Assembly: GCF_006345805.1 (NCBI RefSeq) | Contig: NC_042997.1 | Location: 147,684,001 to 147,748,000, forward strand | Length of the DNA stretch: 64,000 nt | Direction of reading: 5' to 3' | From: Octopus sinensis | Taxonomy: Eukaryota | Part shown: piece by piece, positions 25,796-39,935 of the stretch | Numbering within the stretch: the stretch's first letter is position 1 | How the letters are laid out: every line of letters starts with the position of its first letter | The notes under the pieces: generated by a model | The model's database searches: none | Seen by the model: the letters and a program-made list of their open reading frames with translations, nothing else | Told to the model about the DNA's origin: nothing | Translations under genes and position numbers: made by a program

Positions 25796-27407
25796 ATAAT
25801 AATCATACTTTATTATATCGACCTTATAAGGATAGCCAAAATGAATCTCGACAAGAAATGAAGTCGTGTCTATGTCAACGAATATGCTAATACGAGAGAA
25901 ATCAAATGATGTGAGAAAAGTCATTTATATCAACCTCATTTCTTGACTGGTACAAAGTGTGTTGACCATAGACTTCGGTGGTTTTACTTTCCTTCTAATT
26001 AACTGTACCTGCACGGTATACGCAGCTGTGATTTGAAAAGTTAACATAATACCAAACAAGATGCTGCACCGACCAATAACAAAACGCATCGCTACTTCAC
26101 TGATCTGCAAATATCCATTAACATGATGAAATAACGACGCAGAAAAAATGCTTAAATACTATACAAATAATGAGCACAAATTCGATAATGAAAATAAAAC
26201 CATTAAGGATGTAATCATTGCGACAGTAAATAACCAAGAGAAACCAAACACATGCAGAATGAAAAACATTAACTAAACGTAAAAATCCAGACGTCAGCAT
26301 ATGTTAGGTTTTTGTCTAACAATAAATAGATAAATGAATGAATGAATGAATGAATAAATAAATAAACGAATAAATAAAGATGGAAATTTATCAAAAAATA
26401 CAGGAACATACATGAATCTCCGAGAGTATTAACGACGTACATCTCTAAACTAACTTTTTAATGTGACAATTATTTAACAGCAGGAATACTTAAAGATTTG
26501 AAATTGATAGATGTTCCTGGAAACCAACAATGTTCACGCAAAGATAAAATTCAAGGATGAAATTTCAACAATAAAATATACATGTCAATTTTAGATTTAT
26601 TTGAAACAGAGACCCATACGCCGATATTTCTAGGATAAAGGAAATCATCTATGCAGAAACCACGGAGGAACTGCATGTAATTCAAACGTTTCTTGTTAGA
26701 GATTCTAAATTTAAACAAACGATCTCATATAGAAAATAGTAGAAAAGATTGCTATTCCATAGAAAAAAGCAATAACAAAAAATATGGAAATAAAAAATAA
26801 AGGAAATATATAACACAAAAGTAAAACGTACAAAATGTATGTAAAACACTAAAAAAGTGTCTAAAATAAGAGTTCCTTCCTAAATTATAAGAAAAATCCG
26901 CCGCTATAAAAATCAGAAACAAATCTTTGAACAAACTGAACATTTCGTCTACAAAATGAATTATCTTTTTAGGAAGCAAATAAAATGAAAACCAGAGACT
27001 AATGCAACACTAGCAACAACAGAACTATAATATTTCTAGACGGGCAGTTAAGAGACCGACTTGTGATAAAATATTCAAATCAAGTACGACACATAACGGG
27101 AGACTTACAAAGATGGGAGAAAGTAATACGAAAAAGTAGATAAAAACACGCAAAACCTGAATTTCTAAAGTATCGAAAATGACGAAATTATAAAATGTTG
27201 ACTAGAATATCCCATATTTACGCACAAAGTGCTTGGGAAATGCTTCATGAATTTAAAACGTCAGAGCCATTACCTGAATGAGAATTCAATGGAAACTCCT
27301 TTGAACATTCCAAAACTAATTAAGCAACAAATCCTTAGAACGACAGATTCATGAAAAGCTAGTCTACATTATAGAATGCTTTAACATTGATATCATTGCT
27401 TACCAAT

Positions 27408-28530
27408 AGGGTGGCGAAATGACAGAGTCCTTACTACGCCTTGCAAAACGATTTAGCGGCATTTTGTCCGTTTTTACGTTCTGAGTTCAAATTCTGCCTT
27501 TCTTTCCTTTCGGGGCGTTAAAATAAGTACCAGTCGAACACTGGAGTCGATGCAGTCGACTTACCTCTTCTTGGAAATCGGTGGCCAAAATTTGAGACCG
27601 ATATAATTCTTTATCAGTAAAAATAATGCGTTTCCGGAAGAACAGAAATGATATCATTATTGCCCAGATGCGTGCAAACATCACTACTACACAAGAAGGC
27701 TATATCCAACAACTGAATTAATTATCAAAACTTGACCTGAATTAATTATCAAAAAAAAATATTTCACAATATCCCTAACTCGAGGACTCTGGAAATATTA
27801 GCCATGGATACGGCAGTTCCAATGACAAAGTGGTATATGAAATATTAAATTAAAACATTTTTACAGATTTAAGTGAATACCGAAACTCCAAAAACGAAAG
27901 CTATTTGTATTAGAAAATCAATGTTCCAATGAAACAGATAATATTAGTTTCAAATTTTGGCACAAGGCCAGCAGTTTTGGGGAGAGGGCTAGTCGATCAC
28001 ATAGACCTCAGTGTTCGACTAGTATTTATTTTATCGACCCCGAAGGGATGAAAGGCAAAGTCAACCTCGGCGGAATTTGAACTCACAGCGTAAAGACGGA
28101 CAAAATGCTGGTACAAATTTTGCAAGGCGTGCTATCGATTCTGCCAGATCAACGTCTTGCAACAGAAAATGGCCACCTCTTAGTAATAGTGGCTTTAATA
28201 AAGTATGATTAAGCATATTAGATACCGATATAAATGGCTTGGAATTGCAATCAACCATCTCATGTCTATAGATGAAAAAAAAGAACACTGAAGATTTATA
28301 TACCATATTTAGGATATTGATTTCTAAGTTAGGTACAAGACCAGAAATTTCGAGGGAAGGGGCTAGTCGATTACATCGACCCCAGTGCACAACTGGTACT
28401 TATTTAAAACACACAAAGGATCAAAGGTAATGTCGATCTCAACAGAATTTGAACTCAGAACACAAAGACAGACGAAATGCCGCTAAACATTTTGCCCAGA
28501 ATGCTACCGATTCTGCCAGCTCACTGCCTT
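27408..28530. mobile_element. Three SINE-B copies: 27408-27602 (+), 27943-28146 (-), 28315-28530 (-)
   Basis: Head, ctggagtcgatgcagtcgac-type hairpin motif and ccaaaatttga tail recognisable in each. Confidence 0.87.
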
Positions 28531-29315
28531 ACTAGAGTTATAAGATTGTAAACAGGAAACTGAATGAATAGACGAAACTAGGAAAAAACAATGTCTTTAT
28601 TGAGACTGTATCTTATAAGAGCCGGCATGGGAAGATTATCTTTTTGAAAACTAAGCGCAGGAAGGTTAACTATTTATATAAATAATCTAGTAAAGCATAG
28701 AACGTATATAAACAAATATGTCCTGACATGAACAAAACAAAACATTTCCTATTTTAAAGGAAACGAGGGAATATAATACTGTATCTGAGGTAGGATGGAG
28801 CAACAACATAAATATTGAACAGCTGTGTGGCTAAATTGAAGAGAGACTTATAAAATGTCATACTCAAAATATACAGGAAAAAGAGTAAAACGGAAGTAGT
28901 AATAAAAAGACAACGAAACTGCAAGTTGAGAAATAAGGGAATCCAAGCTGAAATATCTACTGTATTAGCGCTTATTTGTTTGCGCTGACGGGATTTGTGC
29001 GACTTTCAGTAAGACACTCTCGACACATTCCCATCTCTGCACGACTCGCTTATTTTGCATTTTATTACCAGGTTCTGAACTAAATAGTGTGACAGTTCTT
29101 CGTTCCAACAATGTCAGTTCTCCAGAGTTCCCTCGCTCGCTGGTCACGTCCTTCTTGCAGCTGTAATTGTGCAAGATCATAAGCGTAAATCCCACTCGGT
29201 CTTATGAGAGGGAGGTCTGTGCAGGTCCTGAACCCGCCCCATCCTCTAGCTCAAACAATAAAAATTCTGTGAATGATTACTGTTTTACCATGCATTCCAG
29301 CAGGGTTGAATGCCT

Positions 29316-29361
<46 letters not shown>

Positions 29362-29399
29362 CGTGGGGGGGGGGGGGTAGAACAGATATATATACTCTT

Positions 29400-29975
<576 letters not shown>

Positions 29976-29980
29976 TACAT

Positions 29981-30012
<32 letters not shown>

Positions 30013-30013
30013 G

Positions 30014-30056
<43 letters not shown>

Positions 30057-30094
30057 ATATGAATACCCGTTTCTTTTTCACATGCTAAAGTCGA

Positions 30095-30450
30095 TAATTC
30101 GAACTGAAACAATAGAACTGATAATATAATTAACTGCTAGATTGAAAGTTTTCGCAGTATACTAGTTAATGAATATTTTTGATCTTGCATGTTTTGACAA
30201 GTCGGAGATTTTCTAAAAATTGAATATTTTTGCGTAAACCTGTTGTATATTATAATTTAGTTTCAGATTCAAGGCGTCGTAAAATGGTTTGTCATTAAAT
30301 TCAATTTTAATAATAAGGTTTCCTTCATCTGTCAAGATTTTTTTAATGAAACTTGCCATATCGGTATTTTTCCTCTTAATAGACATGCATAATGTCAAAA
30401 TATAATGAATACGTTTGATTGTAAATTTAATCACGTGGACTCATTCTTTT
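30095..30450 (-). pseudogene. Possible decayed Penelope-like RT C-terminal fragment
   Basis: IKFT-x-K...(F)LDIM...SKHARSK...FNLAVNYIISSIVS loosely echoes PLE IKFTME...FLDI...HPKHTK..IPFNLARRI..IVS; requires frameshifts. Confidence 0.3.
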
Positions 30451-30684
30451 TGTGATTATATAGGATTTTTCATTCTAATGTTTCTGGGATGTCATTTTTT
30501 CTTTAAATAATTCATTACAATACTTAAATAGTTTTGTTACTTCACTTATGGTGCTTCAGTATTGACTATTTACAAAGTATGATATAGAAGGAAAATATAT
30601 TTCATACAGTCCAAATTTAGATTAAGAGATTAGTCAGAATAATGTTTGAATTTTGTTTTTGTATATAACACTCAATAGCTAATA

Positions 30685-30734
<50 letters not shown>

Positions 30735-31119
30735 CTTCCAGCTATTGCCCTTTTCTCCAGAGATATAAAAAAGTTAAATATAAAAAGTTATATATAAAAT
30801 AGATAAATGGCTTAATATTTAACTGTATCACTATAAATCAACGATTAACGATAGTCAACAGGTGTATTTTTCATGATGTGTACACAATATCACACTGAAT
30901 TCGAAACAGGATCTGATAATTCTAAAACGATGAAAATAATACCGTTGTTTTTGTTGCCGCTGATCTTGTAATTTCCCTCCTGGTCCGGACTGCGCATGTA
31001 GACCTATATGGGAAGAAAATCCACTGATGACTTTATCTACAATCTAGATATATTTTCAACAATATTACAATGTTCTAACACCTCCTCCACCTCCGCATCA
31101 TCATCATCATTATCATCAT

Positions 31120-31170
<51 letters not shown>

Positions 31171-31209
31171 TTTCTCGTTCTCACGCTCTTATCTTGAGAA
31201 TTACCATCG

Positions 31210-31270
<61 letters not shown>

Positions 31271-31749
31271 TAATAATAATAATAATATGAATATTATATT
31301 CAAAGAGACTACGATAAAGTGATGACATTTTGCCAACATAATGTGGCAATCCCAGGATGGGATAAATGTTATTGTTATTTAGCCCTCTTTGAGAGATTTA
31401 GAAATGTAGTATTTATAATTTTGTCGATCAGTGACTGTTTGTAACTTTGAATTCTATATGTTTTCACAGCAGATTAGCAGCGACATCTAGCAAGCCAAGC
31501 TACTCCACGCTGATAAAGAGCAATAACTTTGAAACTACTCCGGGGACTAGGTTGTGCTAGGGCGGAGGTGCTGATCTCTCCTGTTTGAAAACATTAAGTC
31601 ACAGAGATTTGTGTAGCAGAGCCAGCTAGAAATGATGTTTCTTCGGGCTAAATAACAGTAGCATTTATCCTATACTGAGACCGCCACATGTTGGCAAAGT
31701 GCCCCAGCATGGCCACACCTCGTGAGCTGAAACTAGAATCAATCAATCA

Positions 31750-31955
31750 ATAATAATCCTTTCTGCTAAAGTCCCAAAACCTGAAATTTGGGGGGCGGGG
31801 ACTAGTCGATTACATAGACCTAGTGTTTCATTGGTATGAATTTATCGACCCCGAAAGGTTGAAAGGCAAAGTGGACCTCAGCGGAAATTGAACTCAGAGC
31901 GTAAGGACGAAGGAAATACGCTTAAAAATTTTGCCCGGCGGTACTAACTCACCAC
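31750..31955 (-). mobile_element. SINE-B
   Basis: aataatcctttctgct...ctagtcgattacatagacc...gaaaggcaaagtggacctcagcgg. Confidence 0.82.
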
Positions 31956-31974
31956 TTTAATAATAATGATGATG

Positions 31975-32249
31975 ATAGTACTGTTTAGTTCATCATCCTT
32001 AAACAGACCTTATTCAGGCACCTTTTGAGTAGGATGGGCTACTCAACATGAAGAAAATTCTAACAGGGCTCCACCTGCAAGGCCAATCACTGTTTATCTT
32101 GATATGAGATCACCATGCCGCGCACATATGGTTGTGATGCACGTGTCTAGTATACGCTTATCAGTCGGGTAATCATGATGGGTATATTTAGCTTCTTATA
32201 CTTTACCTCATTGTCACTTTGTTGACATGCACTGCTCTTTCACTCAATA

Positions 32250-32317
<68 letters not shown>

Positions 32318-32927
32318 CAATAATAATAAAGTACCAAATGCCTTGATGCAGTAGCAAATGCCTTGATGCAGTAGCAAATACCCTGATGCAGTACAAGGCA
32401 TGGCTTCTGGTCTTAACTGACTGGAAGTGTTATCATGTACGTTGTTTTGTCTTGGTATAAAAATGGGCTACATCAAATATTCTGCTCAATACCACAGATT
32501 TGCTTCTCATTTGTTTGACCTTAACCAGTCGAGCTTGTCCCGTTGTGGCTGATGATATGTGCATCTCTGATCACAAGCAGAAGTAGTGGGGGAGCATCAT
32601 AGCCATTTGTTGAGAGGGATTCTTTGGGATTTGAATAATTCACCTCTGGATACATGGGTATTTTGTTCAACATCCTTAAACAATTCTTATTCAGGGACCT
32701 TTTGAGTGGGATGGGTTACTCAACCAATAGAAAATTCTAACTGGGCCCCACCTGGAAGGTCATGTGCTGTTTATCTTGATATGAGATCACCATGTCGCGC
32801 ACATATGGTTGTGATGTATGTGCCTAGTGTACTCTTATCAGATGGGTAGTCATGATGGGTTATACTGGGCTTCGTATATTTTACCCCAGTGTCCCTTTGA
32901 TGGCATACCCTGCTCCCTCACTCACTC

Positions 32928-32983
<56 letters not shown>

Positions 32984-32985
32984 TG
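31975..32985 (+). mobile_element. Two tandem 3' fragments of the (AAT)n-tailed retroelement (31975-32330, 32335-32985)
   Basis: Both end ctcactcaataataat(n); homologous to each other and to the minus-strand copy at 13306-13782. Confidence 0.85.
32335..32394. repeat. 20-bp tandem repeat x3 (caaatgccttgatgcagtag)
   Basis: Two identical units and one with 3 substitutions. Confidence 0.95.
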
Positions 32986-33259
32986 ATGATGATGACATGC
33001 AGCAACAGTAGCAGCAGCTTCATCGTCATCCTCACGTCTTCCGTGATATTGGACACTTATGAGCAAAAATTCTCCAGCTGTGACCATCTTCGTCGTCCTT
33101 ATTTTTCAGAGCCAGCGTACATATATTACTTTATCTTCTACTATGTGTTTGAGATTTAAAGGAAATATAGTTGCTATCATTAGAACCTTGAAAGAGAACG
33201 TGGAGCAAGCTTTGTTTTGTCATTGTGCGTGTATCAGTTATTCTTCGATTAAAGAAATC

Positions 33260-33700
33260 AATGGAGATGGTGTGTTGATGTTGAAACTCATACTAATGAT
33301 AAGTGACAATAATGAATACAATTAGTATGAAGACGATAATGATGAAGATGATGCTGATGATGATGAGGAGCACGATGATGCTAGTATTGTGATAATTTTG
33401 ATGAAAAAATGAGACGAGGAGAAAGAGAAATAGGATGTTCGTAATGACGATGAAGACGACGACTATGACCACTACCACCACCATCACCCCCACCACTAAC
33501 ACCACTACCACGATAAAGGCTTGGACAATGATGACGACGTGATGATGATAGAAACGATGATTTTGAGGAAGACAAAGATGAAGATGAAGATGATAATGAT
33601 GATGACGAGCAGGATGATGATGATGATGTGGAGCATGAGGACGGTGATGACGATGCCGACACCGAAATCAACGATGGAGATTCTGATAGTGAGAACGATG
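33260..33700. repeat. Degenerate (GAT)n cryptic repeat with a (CAC)n island
   Basis: Direct reading. Confidence 0.85.
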
Positions 33701-34926
33701 AATTGTTACAGCAGATTGAGAAAGGAAGAGAATCATCTCTACTGAAACTTTACTCTGGAATACTATATAGGGCAGCTTATTCACTTCGGAAAATAGAAAG
33801 AGAAAGAGAGAAAAAAAGAAGAAAAAAAAAACGGCAAGTCTTTAACGGAGGATAATTGTGCAATGAAAAATTAATGTAGAGAAGGAATTAGAAAAAAACT
33901 AAAAAAACAACATATACATATATGTATGTATGTTTGAGTGTATATACATATACATTTACATATATTTACACATTCACACATATGCGTACTCACACATATA
34001 TACACGAACAAACACACGACACACACATATACACTGAAAAAAAATAAAGTAATTGTATTTTTTAATCGTTTAGTTAGATTCGATATCTTTAATTGATGAC
34101 CAAATACATTACATAAATAATCACGCGCGCAAAAGGGCTAAACTCTCATAGCTTATTAATTATTCTTTTTTTAATTAGCATTTCTTTTTTACGTTATTTT
34201 AAGTAATTTTATAGATTAGCGTTGCGACAATTTTACTATTGTACTTTTCTTTCTTAACAAAAAAAAAAAAAAACCCAAAAAACCCCAACCAAACAAATCA
34301 ACAAAAGACGAAGGTAGCGTTTTATTTTTCTAATTTATAACGATTTATAAAATCTAATCAAAGTGCAATTAATCTATTCAATGGTTAATTTTTTATACTG
34401 TAAACAAAATCTAAGAAACTATGATAGTTAAAAGAAATTATTATATGGATATAAAGCACACCTTATCTTAGATAGTCACATTGAGCCGAAGTGTTTTGCA
34501 AAAGATATAGTTTTCTACTCCTAAAGTGCACAAATAACTTTGTGTGCTTGTCTGTGTGTGTGTATATTCGTGTGTGTGTTTAGAATATCTTTGTGTGCAT
34601 TTGTGTGTATTTGTAATATCTTTGTGTGCATGTATTTGTATGTGTTTGTATGTGTGTGTATGTGTGTGAGTGTGTGTGTGTTTACAATATATTATATATT
34701 GTTTATTATTTTGGTATTTTAATTCATTTAAACTGTTGAACCGCGACCATACTGGTGCACCTCATTTAATGGTATTAGTTGATTATAAAATAGTATAAAA
34801 ATCAACAATGCATACGTAGGAACACATTCAAATATGAATTAAAAGCAGTGCGAGTGTTATAAACATTATGAAGTACACATACACAATGTATGTGCTTTGC
34901 TTGTTCTCTAGTCAGCTGCGAAGTCA

Positions 34927-35460
34927 CGCGGTGGAGATGACTCTCTAAAAGCGTTGGTTGTTAAAACGCTTTGAGGCACTTGATGTTGATAAGACACAGA
35001 AATGGCCCGTCGTTCCCCACTGTGACTTTGGCTGAGTTGTCTCTCTTGTTTAGGACTATAACTTTCAGGTGTTTTAACACCCGGCACTTTGAGAGAGTTA
35101 TTTCCACCGCGTCAAATCACAGCCGACCGGCGAAAACACAAAGCCGATGCAAGTGCATGTGTGTTCGATAACTCTTACAACGTTCGCGCTGCTTCTAATT
35201 CATATTTGAATATATTATTTATTTCTGCATGTGCATCTTTCGGGTGTACTAGCAGATGGATTTTACACAATTTTACATATAGTCATGGAAAGGCTATTTA
35301 ATTTGCCTCCGGTTTGGTACATGTGCGTGATACTGATACACCACACAATTGACCCATCACTCCTGAATGGGACTTGGGACGAGTTGCCTCGACTGATTAC
35401 GACTATAACTTTCGCGGGTTTTAACACTCGGCGCTTTGAGAGAGTCATCTTCACCGCGTC
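34927..35460. repeat. Unclassified repeat: about 41-bp motif once inverted (34927-34967) and twice direct (35071-35111, 35418-35458)
   Basis: cgcggtggagatgactctctaaaagcgttggttgttaaaac vs reverse complements cgcggtggaaataactctctcaaagtgccgggtgttaaaac and cgcggtgaagatgactctctcaaagcgccgagtgttaaaac. Confidence 0.75.
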
Positions 35461-35619
35461 GATTAGCAGCTTATTGATGGGCATGGAGGGCTCAACAGCT
35501 TTCCATTCATTTTCCGTCTACCGAATTCACTCAAGAGACAATGGTACACCCAGTGTTATTGTTGACGACACTCGCCCAAGGCGGTGCGCTGTACAGTAAA
35601 ACTAATACCGAAAGCACAT

Positions 35620-37700
35620 AGTCGCAAAGCTAGGTTGTCCATCATACAACCATGTCTCTGCTGATATTCACCAAAAAAGTGGCAAACATTTATCAATGAA
35701 ACTTAAATAATTGCGAAAACATCTGAAATCGACACCGAGGGCTCAGACAATTAAGTGGATATCGTAAATATGGTAATTGTAGAAGTACAATATATCTGGT
35801 TTCTATTTAGAGCTAGCGATGTAGCCGTTAGAAGTGTTTTAGCCACTTCCAAAGAACACGGCTGATTGTGAGATCTGAGATAATGACATAATGGAAACAA
35901 AGGCTCATGTAAATCTGTTATTACTGTGTGTCATCTTCAAGAATATCATACCTCACACTGCAATACATCAATAATATCTTTGCCAAATATGAGCCGGTTG
36001 TTATATATTTAAACTAAAAATTGTATTTGCCGAACAAAAAAAAAAATCATCATTCTTAATTATTCCACTACTTTCGTCACTGGATCTAAATGAGATCACG
36101 TGATGATCAGAGTGTGATGTGATATAGTCTCGAAATAAATAGCTTACCTTTTTCTTTACATTTTCTCTGATTGTCGCATTTCTTTTTGAATTTATGATAA
36201 ATTTTTTTCAGTGTAAGAAAGATGTCAGAGGAAAAAGCTGATAGGTTTATTACATAGGGAAGGGACACCATGGCTGTAGTTTAGGAAGTAGCACTTCCAA
36301 GATGAAATAAACTGCAGGTAAGATAGATAACAGAATCTAGGTGTCATTTTTCGAAAGAAAAAAAAACTGTTAGGCTTTGAATTAGTTCCGAGAAAAAAGG
36401 ATACCCATTTAAATTATCAATATAGCAAGTAGCAGTTGTAGTTGTCTTGCAATTTTAGGCGTTGAGAAATCAAAGAAAGATTGCATGCTTTCCAGGTTAG
36501 GTTGCAGATAATTGTTTTCGATTTTGTATCCTAGGTAACCAATGCATATTTGGCGTAGAAAGCAATTGCCATTGTTCATTGTAGAGCTGGGATTCATTGT
36601 AACTGAAATTAATTGAACCACGTTCCCATCATGCTTTTCTACATTTTTGCCAATGGAAATAACATCGTCAAGGTTGGCGTAATGTCCTTTCATATCTTTA
36701 TCAATAATTATACCATCGATCACTCATTGAAAGGCACTTATGGCATTAGATACACAGAGTGTAACCTTGTAAACTGAAATAAACATCTATCAGCTAGAAA
36801 TCCTGTGTTTCTATAGAGTATCATCACTTTGGTGTGGGTTCTGATGCTTTCAGATCCCGTTGGTTATAGAATTTATCGTATAAAATAAAACGCATGAGGG
36901 CTTCAATATTAGAAAGAGAAGAGATATGTTGAATGTAGTAGAGTTTGTGAATAACTGAGAAAAAAAAAGCGTTATTTTTCACTGTTTCATACTACTACCA
37001 CATTTCTCACATGGAGAGCCTGCAAGCTCAAGAATGCTATCACCAATAATCCGTTTACTTTGTTACTAAAGATTGCAGCAGGTGGGAAAAAATTAGAGAT
37101 TTTGATGCATCAAATCATTGTATAGGTGGGAAAAGTATGAAACTGGTTTACTGATTATAGGGACTAGACAAGAAACAATAATATTTTCGAATGGTGCTCC
37201 ATGTTTAAGATCGTCAGTTCCCAGAATTACAGAGATACGCAAGTTAACCAAAAACATTAAGCAGTTAAAAAAACCTTTTCACCAAAAGTATTAATTCAGA
37301 TACCTAATTTCTCTGGATATCATCATTAATGAAACTAGCGGTACTATCAAATATGTAAGAATGATTAACCATATATATACGCTTATAGTAGCTCATGTAT
37401 GTGAGCTTATAGTAGTTTTGAAGTCTATTTCCCTGATTTTCCCTTATTATAGCGAATATTGTGGATATTTATTGGCCAATATGCTCCTGAAATACGTTCA
37501 AACTTTTTGCAACTGGGTAAAAAGAGGCAGGTCAAGATATAACATTTTCGTCTATATGTTCAACTTAGAAGTACTATGCTCATTACTCAAGAAGCTGGGT
37601 TCTACATCATTGCGAGACAAAATGGTAAAATTCAATACTTCTCTATGACGACCTCAGAGAAACTTATTCAGTGATAGCTTGATTCAAAAAATAATTAACG
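35620..37700 (-). mobile_element. Decayed Ty3/Gypsy LTR-retrotransposon pol (protease-RT-RNase H-start of integrase)
   Basis: In Gypsy order on the minus strand: ILGTDDL (37207-37227, protease), SP-W-R-x-VVVV, DLKA, SAFQ*VIDGII...YANLDDV (36661-36681)...YLGY (RT), KPISFF..LSYTEKN..IQKE (about 36231-36248, RNase H), LGVDFR (35722-35739, integrase first Asp); many stops and frameshifts. Confidence 0.85.
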
Positions 37701-38384
37701 ACGAACAGTAACATAATACCTTAGGTCTTTAACAAGTTGTTGATTTTGTCCCTGTAACTGAAATCCTGCAGTGCTATATTCTGCATTGTGGGGATCTGAA
37801 CGTGGGTGACTTTTACACTGAAGTAGTCAATGTCGTCTGCCATACAGCAAACATTTGAAAAATACAATTCGTAAATAAGTTGAGTCTTTATCGCTCAGTT
37901 GAGTTTCAAAATCCAGCAAGAATATTTATATATATAGTTTTACTAGTGTATCTATGTTATTGTAACCGAATACATTGTATGAATATTGTACCAAACAGTA
38001 GCTCAAATTTAATTAGTTTGATTCGTTAAAAACAATTCAACTCCACTATTCGAAACACAACCATAAATTGGAGATATTTTTCTTATTGCAGATGCCGGGT
38101 ATCAAATTATATCACAGTGTACGTGGACAAGAAGAAATGAAACAAAGTTTTCAGTGAAGTGTTCATCAAATCGATTCCGAGCATAACGATGTTCTAATTT
38201 CAGATGTAGGCCTATACAAGTTTGGCAGCTTGTACTCAATAGGCCCTCAGATGATTACCCAGCTCGGAATTTGTTTTAAATTTTTTGCGACAAATGTAGC
38301 ATAAAATATTCTAAGAAACACTGATAAATACTATGCTCAGTGGATTCGTCTATAAAGGATTTTGAAAATTAGAATATAGTAATA

Positions 38385-39075
38385 TGGTGCCGAGCAAAGC
38401 ATTGTAAGTGAATTTGGTAGACAAAAACAGAATTTGGTTGACAAAGTAGACAAAAACAACTTGCTTACCAGCCACATGGTTCCGGGTTCACTCCCACTGC
38501 GTGGCACCTTGGGCAAGTGTCTTCTACTATAGCCTCGGGTCGACCAAAGCCTTGTGAGTGGATTTGGTAGACAGAAACTGAAAGAAGCCCGTCGTATATA
38601 TGTATGTATATATATGTATGTGTGTGTATGTGTGTGTACGTGTGTGTGTCTGTGTTTGTAACCCCAACATCGCTTGACAACCGATGCTGGTGTGTTTACA
38701 TCCCCGTAACTTAGCGGTTCGGCAAAAGAAACCGATAGAATAAGTACTAGGCTTACAAAGAATAAGTCCTGCGGTCGATTTGCTCGACTAAAGGTGGTAC
38801 TCCAGCATGGCCACAGTCACATGACTGAAACAAGTAAAAGAATAAAAGAAAAAGAAAGAATTATGTGTATGTTTCTTTGTGTTTGTCCTCCACTATCACT
38901 TGACAACCGGTGTTGCTTTGTTTACGTCCCATAATTTAACGGTCTGGCATAAGTGAGCAAAGGATTAGTACTAGGTTAGAAAAAGAAGTAACGGGTCCCA
39001 TTTGTTCGACTCAAACCTTGCAAAGTAATGCTCACGCATGGTCGCAGTCCATTGACTGTAACAAGTTAAAGATAT
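38385..39075 (+). mobile_element. SINE-A lacking its first about 25 nt (38458-38860), preceded by scrambled head pieces, followed by a diverged right half (38865-39075)
   Basis: Near-consensus body; local duplications of tttggtagacaaaaaca at 38415-38455. Confidence 0.9.
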
Positions 39076-39754
39076 ACCGATATAGATACATACGCATACA
39101 TATGTACTTACATATAATGCTTTAACATGTTCTAATGTATCATCACATACATGAGTTATTATTCTCTAGATTTTCCAGATTTCGACTTGCGATAAAAAAA
39201 AAGAAACATATTTTACAGCTGTTAAGTATTTAGAATTGTATTAAGTATTTAGAACTGGAAGGACTTATACATACATACATACACACACACACATCTGTGT
39301 GTGTATACCTATATATATGTGTATGTGTGTGCGTAGAGACTCCGCTATGTATGTGTGTGCGTGTGTCTGTGTGTGTGGTTTCATTTCTGAATATTTAACA
39401 CAACAACTCTGCAACGAAATACATATGTAACATGCTAAAATCTTGCAATATATTTATCTGAAATGGGAAACCAGAAGTCAACACAATAGTAATCCATGTA
39501 TGACATGAAAATTAATAACATTTTTCAGATTGTGGTAATATGACTTCTACGTATCAGATGGCCAACAAGCCAGATGGCTTCCCGGCTTTCTAATACCTAG
39601 AAGTTATATTACCACAATCTAAAATTATCTTTAAACATAAATTAATGACAATGTGTTTCTACTTATACTTGAGTCTACTCTGTGAATTGGTCATGAAAAA
39701 TTTGTGTACAACTTTAAAATTACGCACACACATAACCCAACATACACACATACA

Positions 39755-39935
39755 TACATACATGTGTGCGTACATACACGACGAACTTTTTCTAGTTTTT
39801 GTCTGTCATATCCACTTACAAGGCTTTGACCAGCTGGGGCTATAGTAGGAGGCACCTGCCCACGGTGGCACGCAGTGGGACCGTACCCGGAACCATGTGG
39901 TTGCGAAGCAAGCTTCTTGCCGGACGGCTACGAAT
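39755..39935 (-). mobile_element. SINE-A head, diverged
   Basis: ggctatagtaggaggcacctgcccacggtggcacgcagtgggaccgtacccggaaccatgtggttgcgaagcaagcttctt. Confidence 0.85.

Noticed and set aside
27340-27405. APE motif (FNIDIIAYQ resembling NIDIIALQE)
   Set aside because: Single short motif with no collinear downstream motifs found.
33541-33855. Acidic ORF (DDD...DTEINDGDSDSENDELLQQIEKGRES...KKRRKKK)
   Set aside because: Grows out of a degenerate GAT repeat and ends in an A-rich tract; no convincing splice sites or domain.
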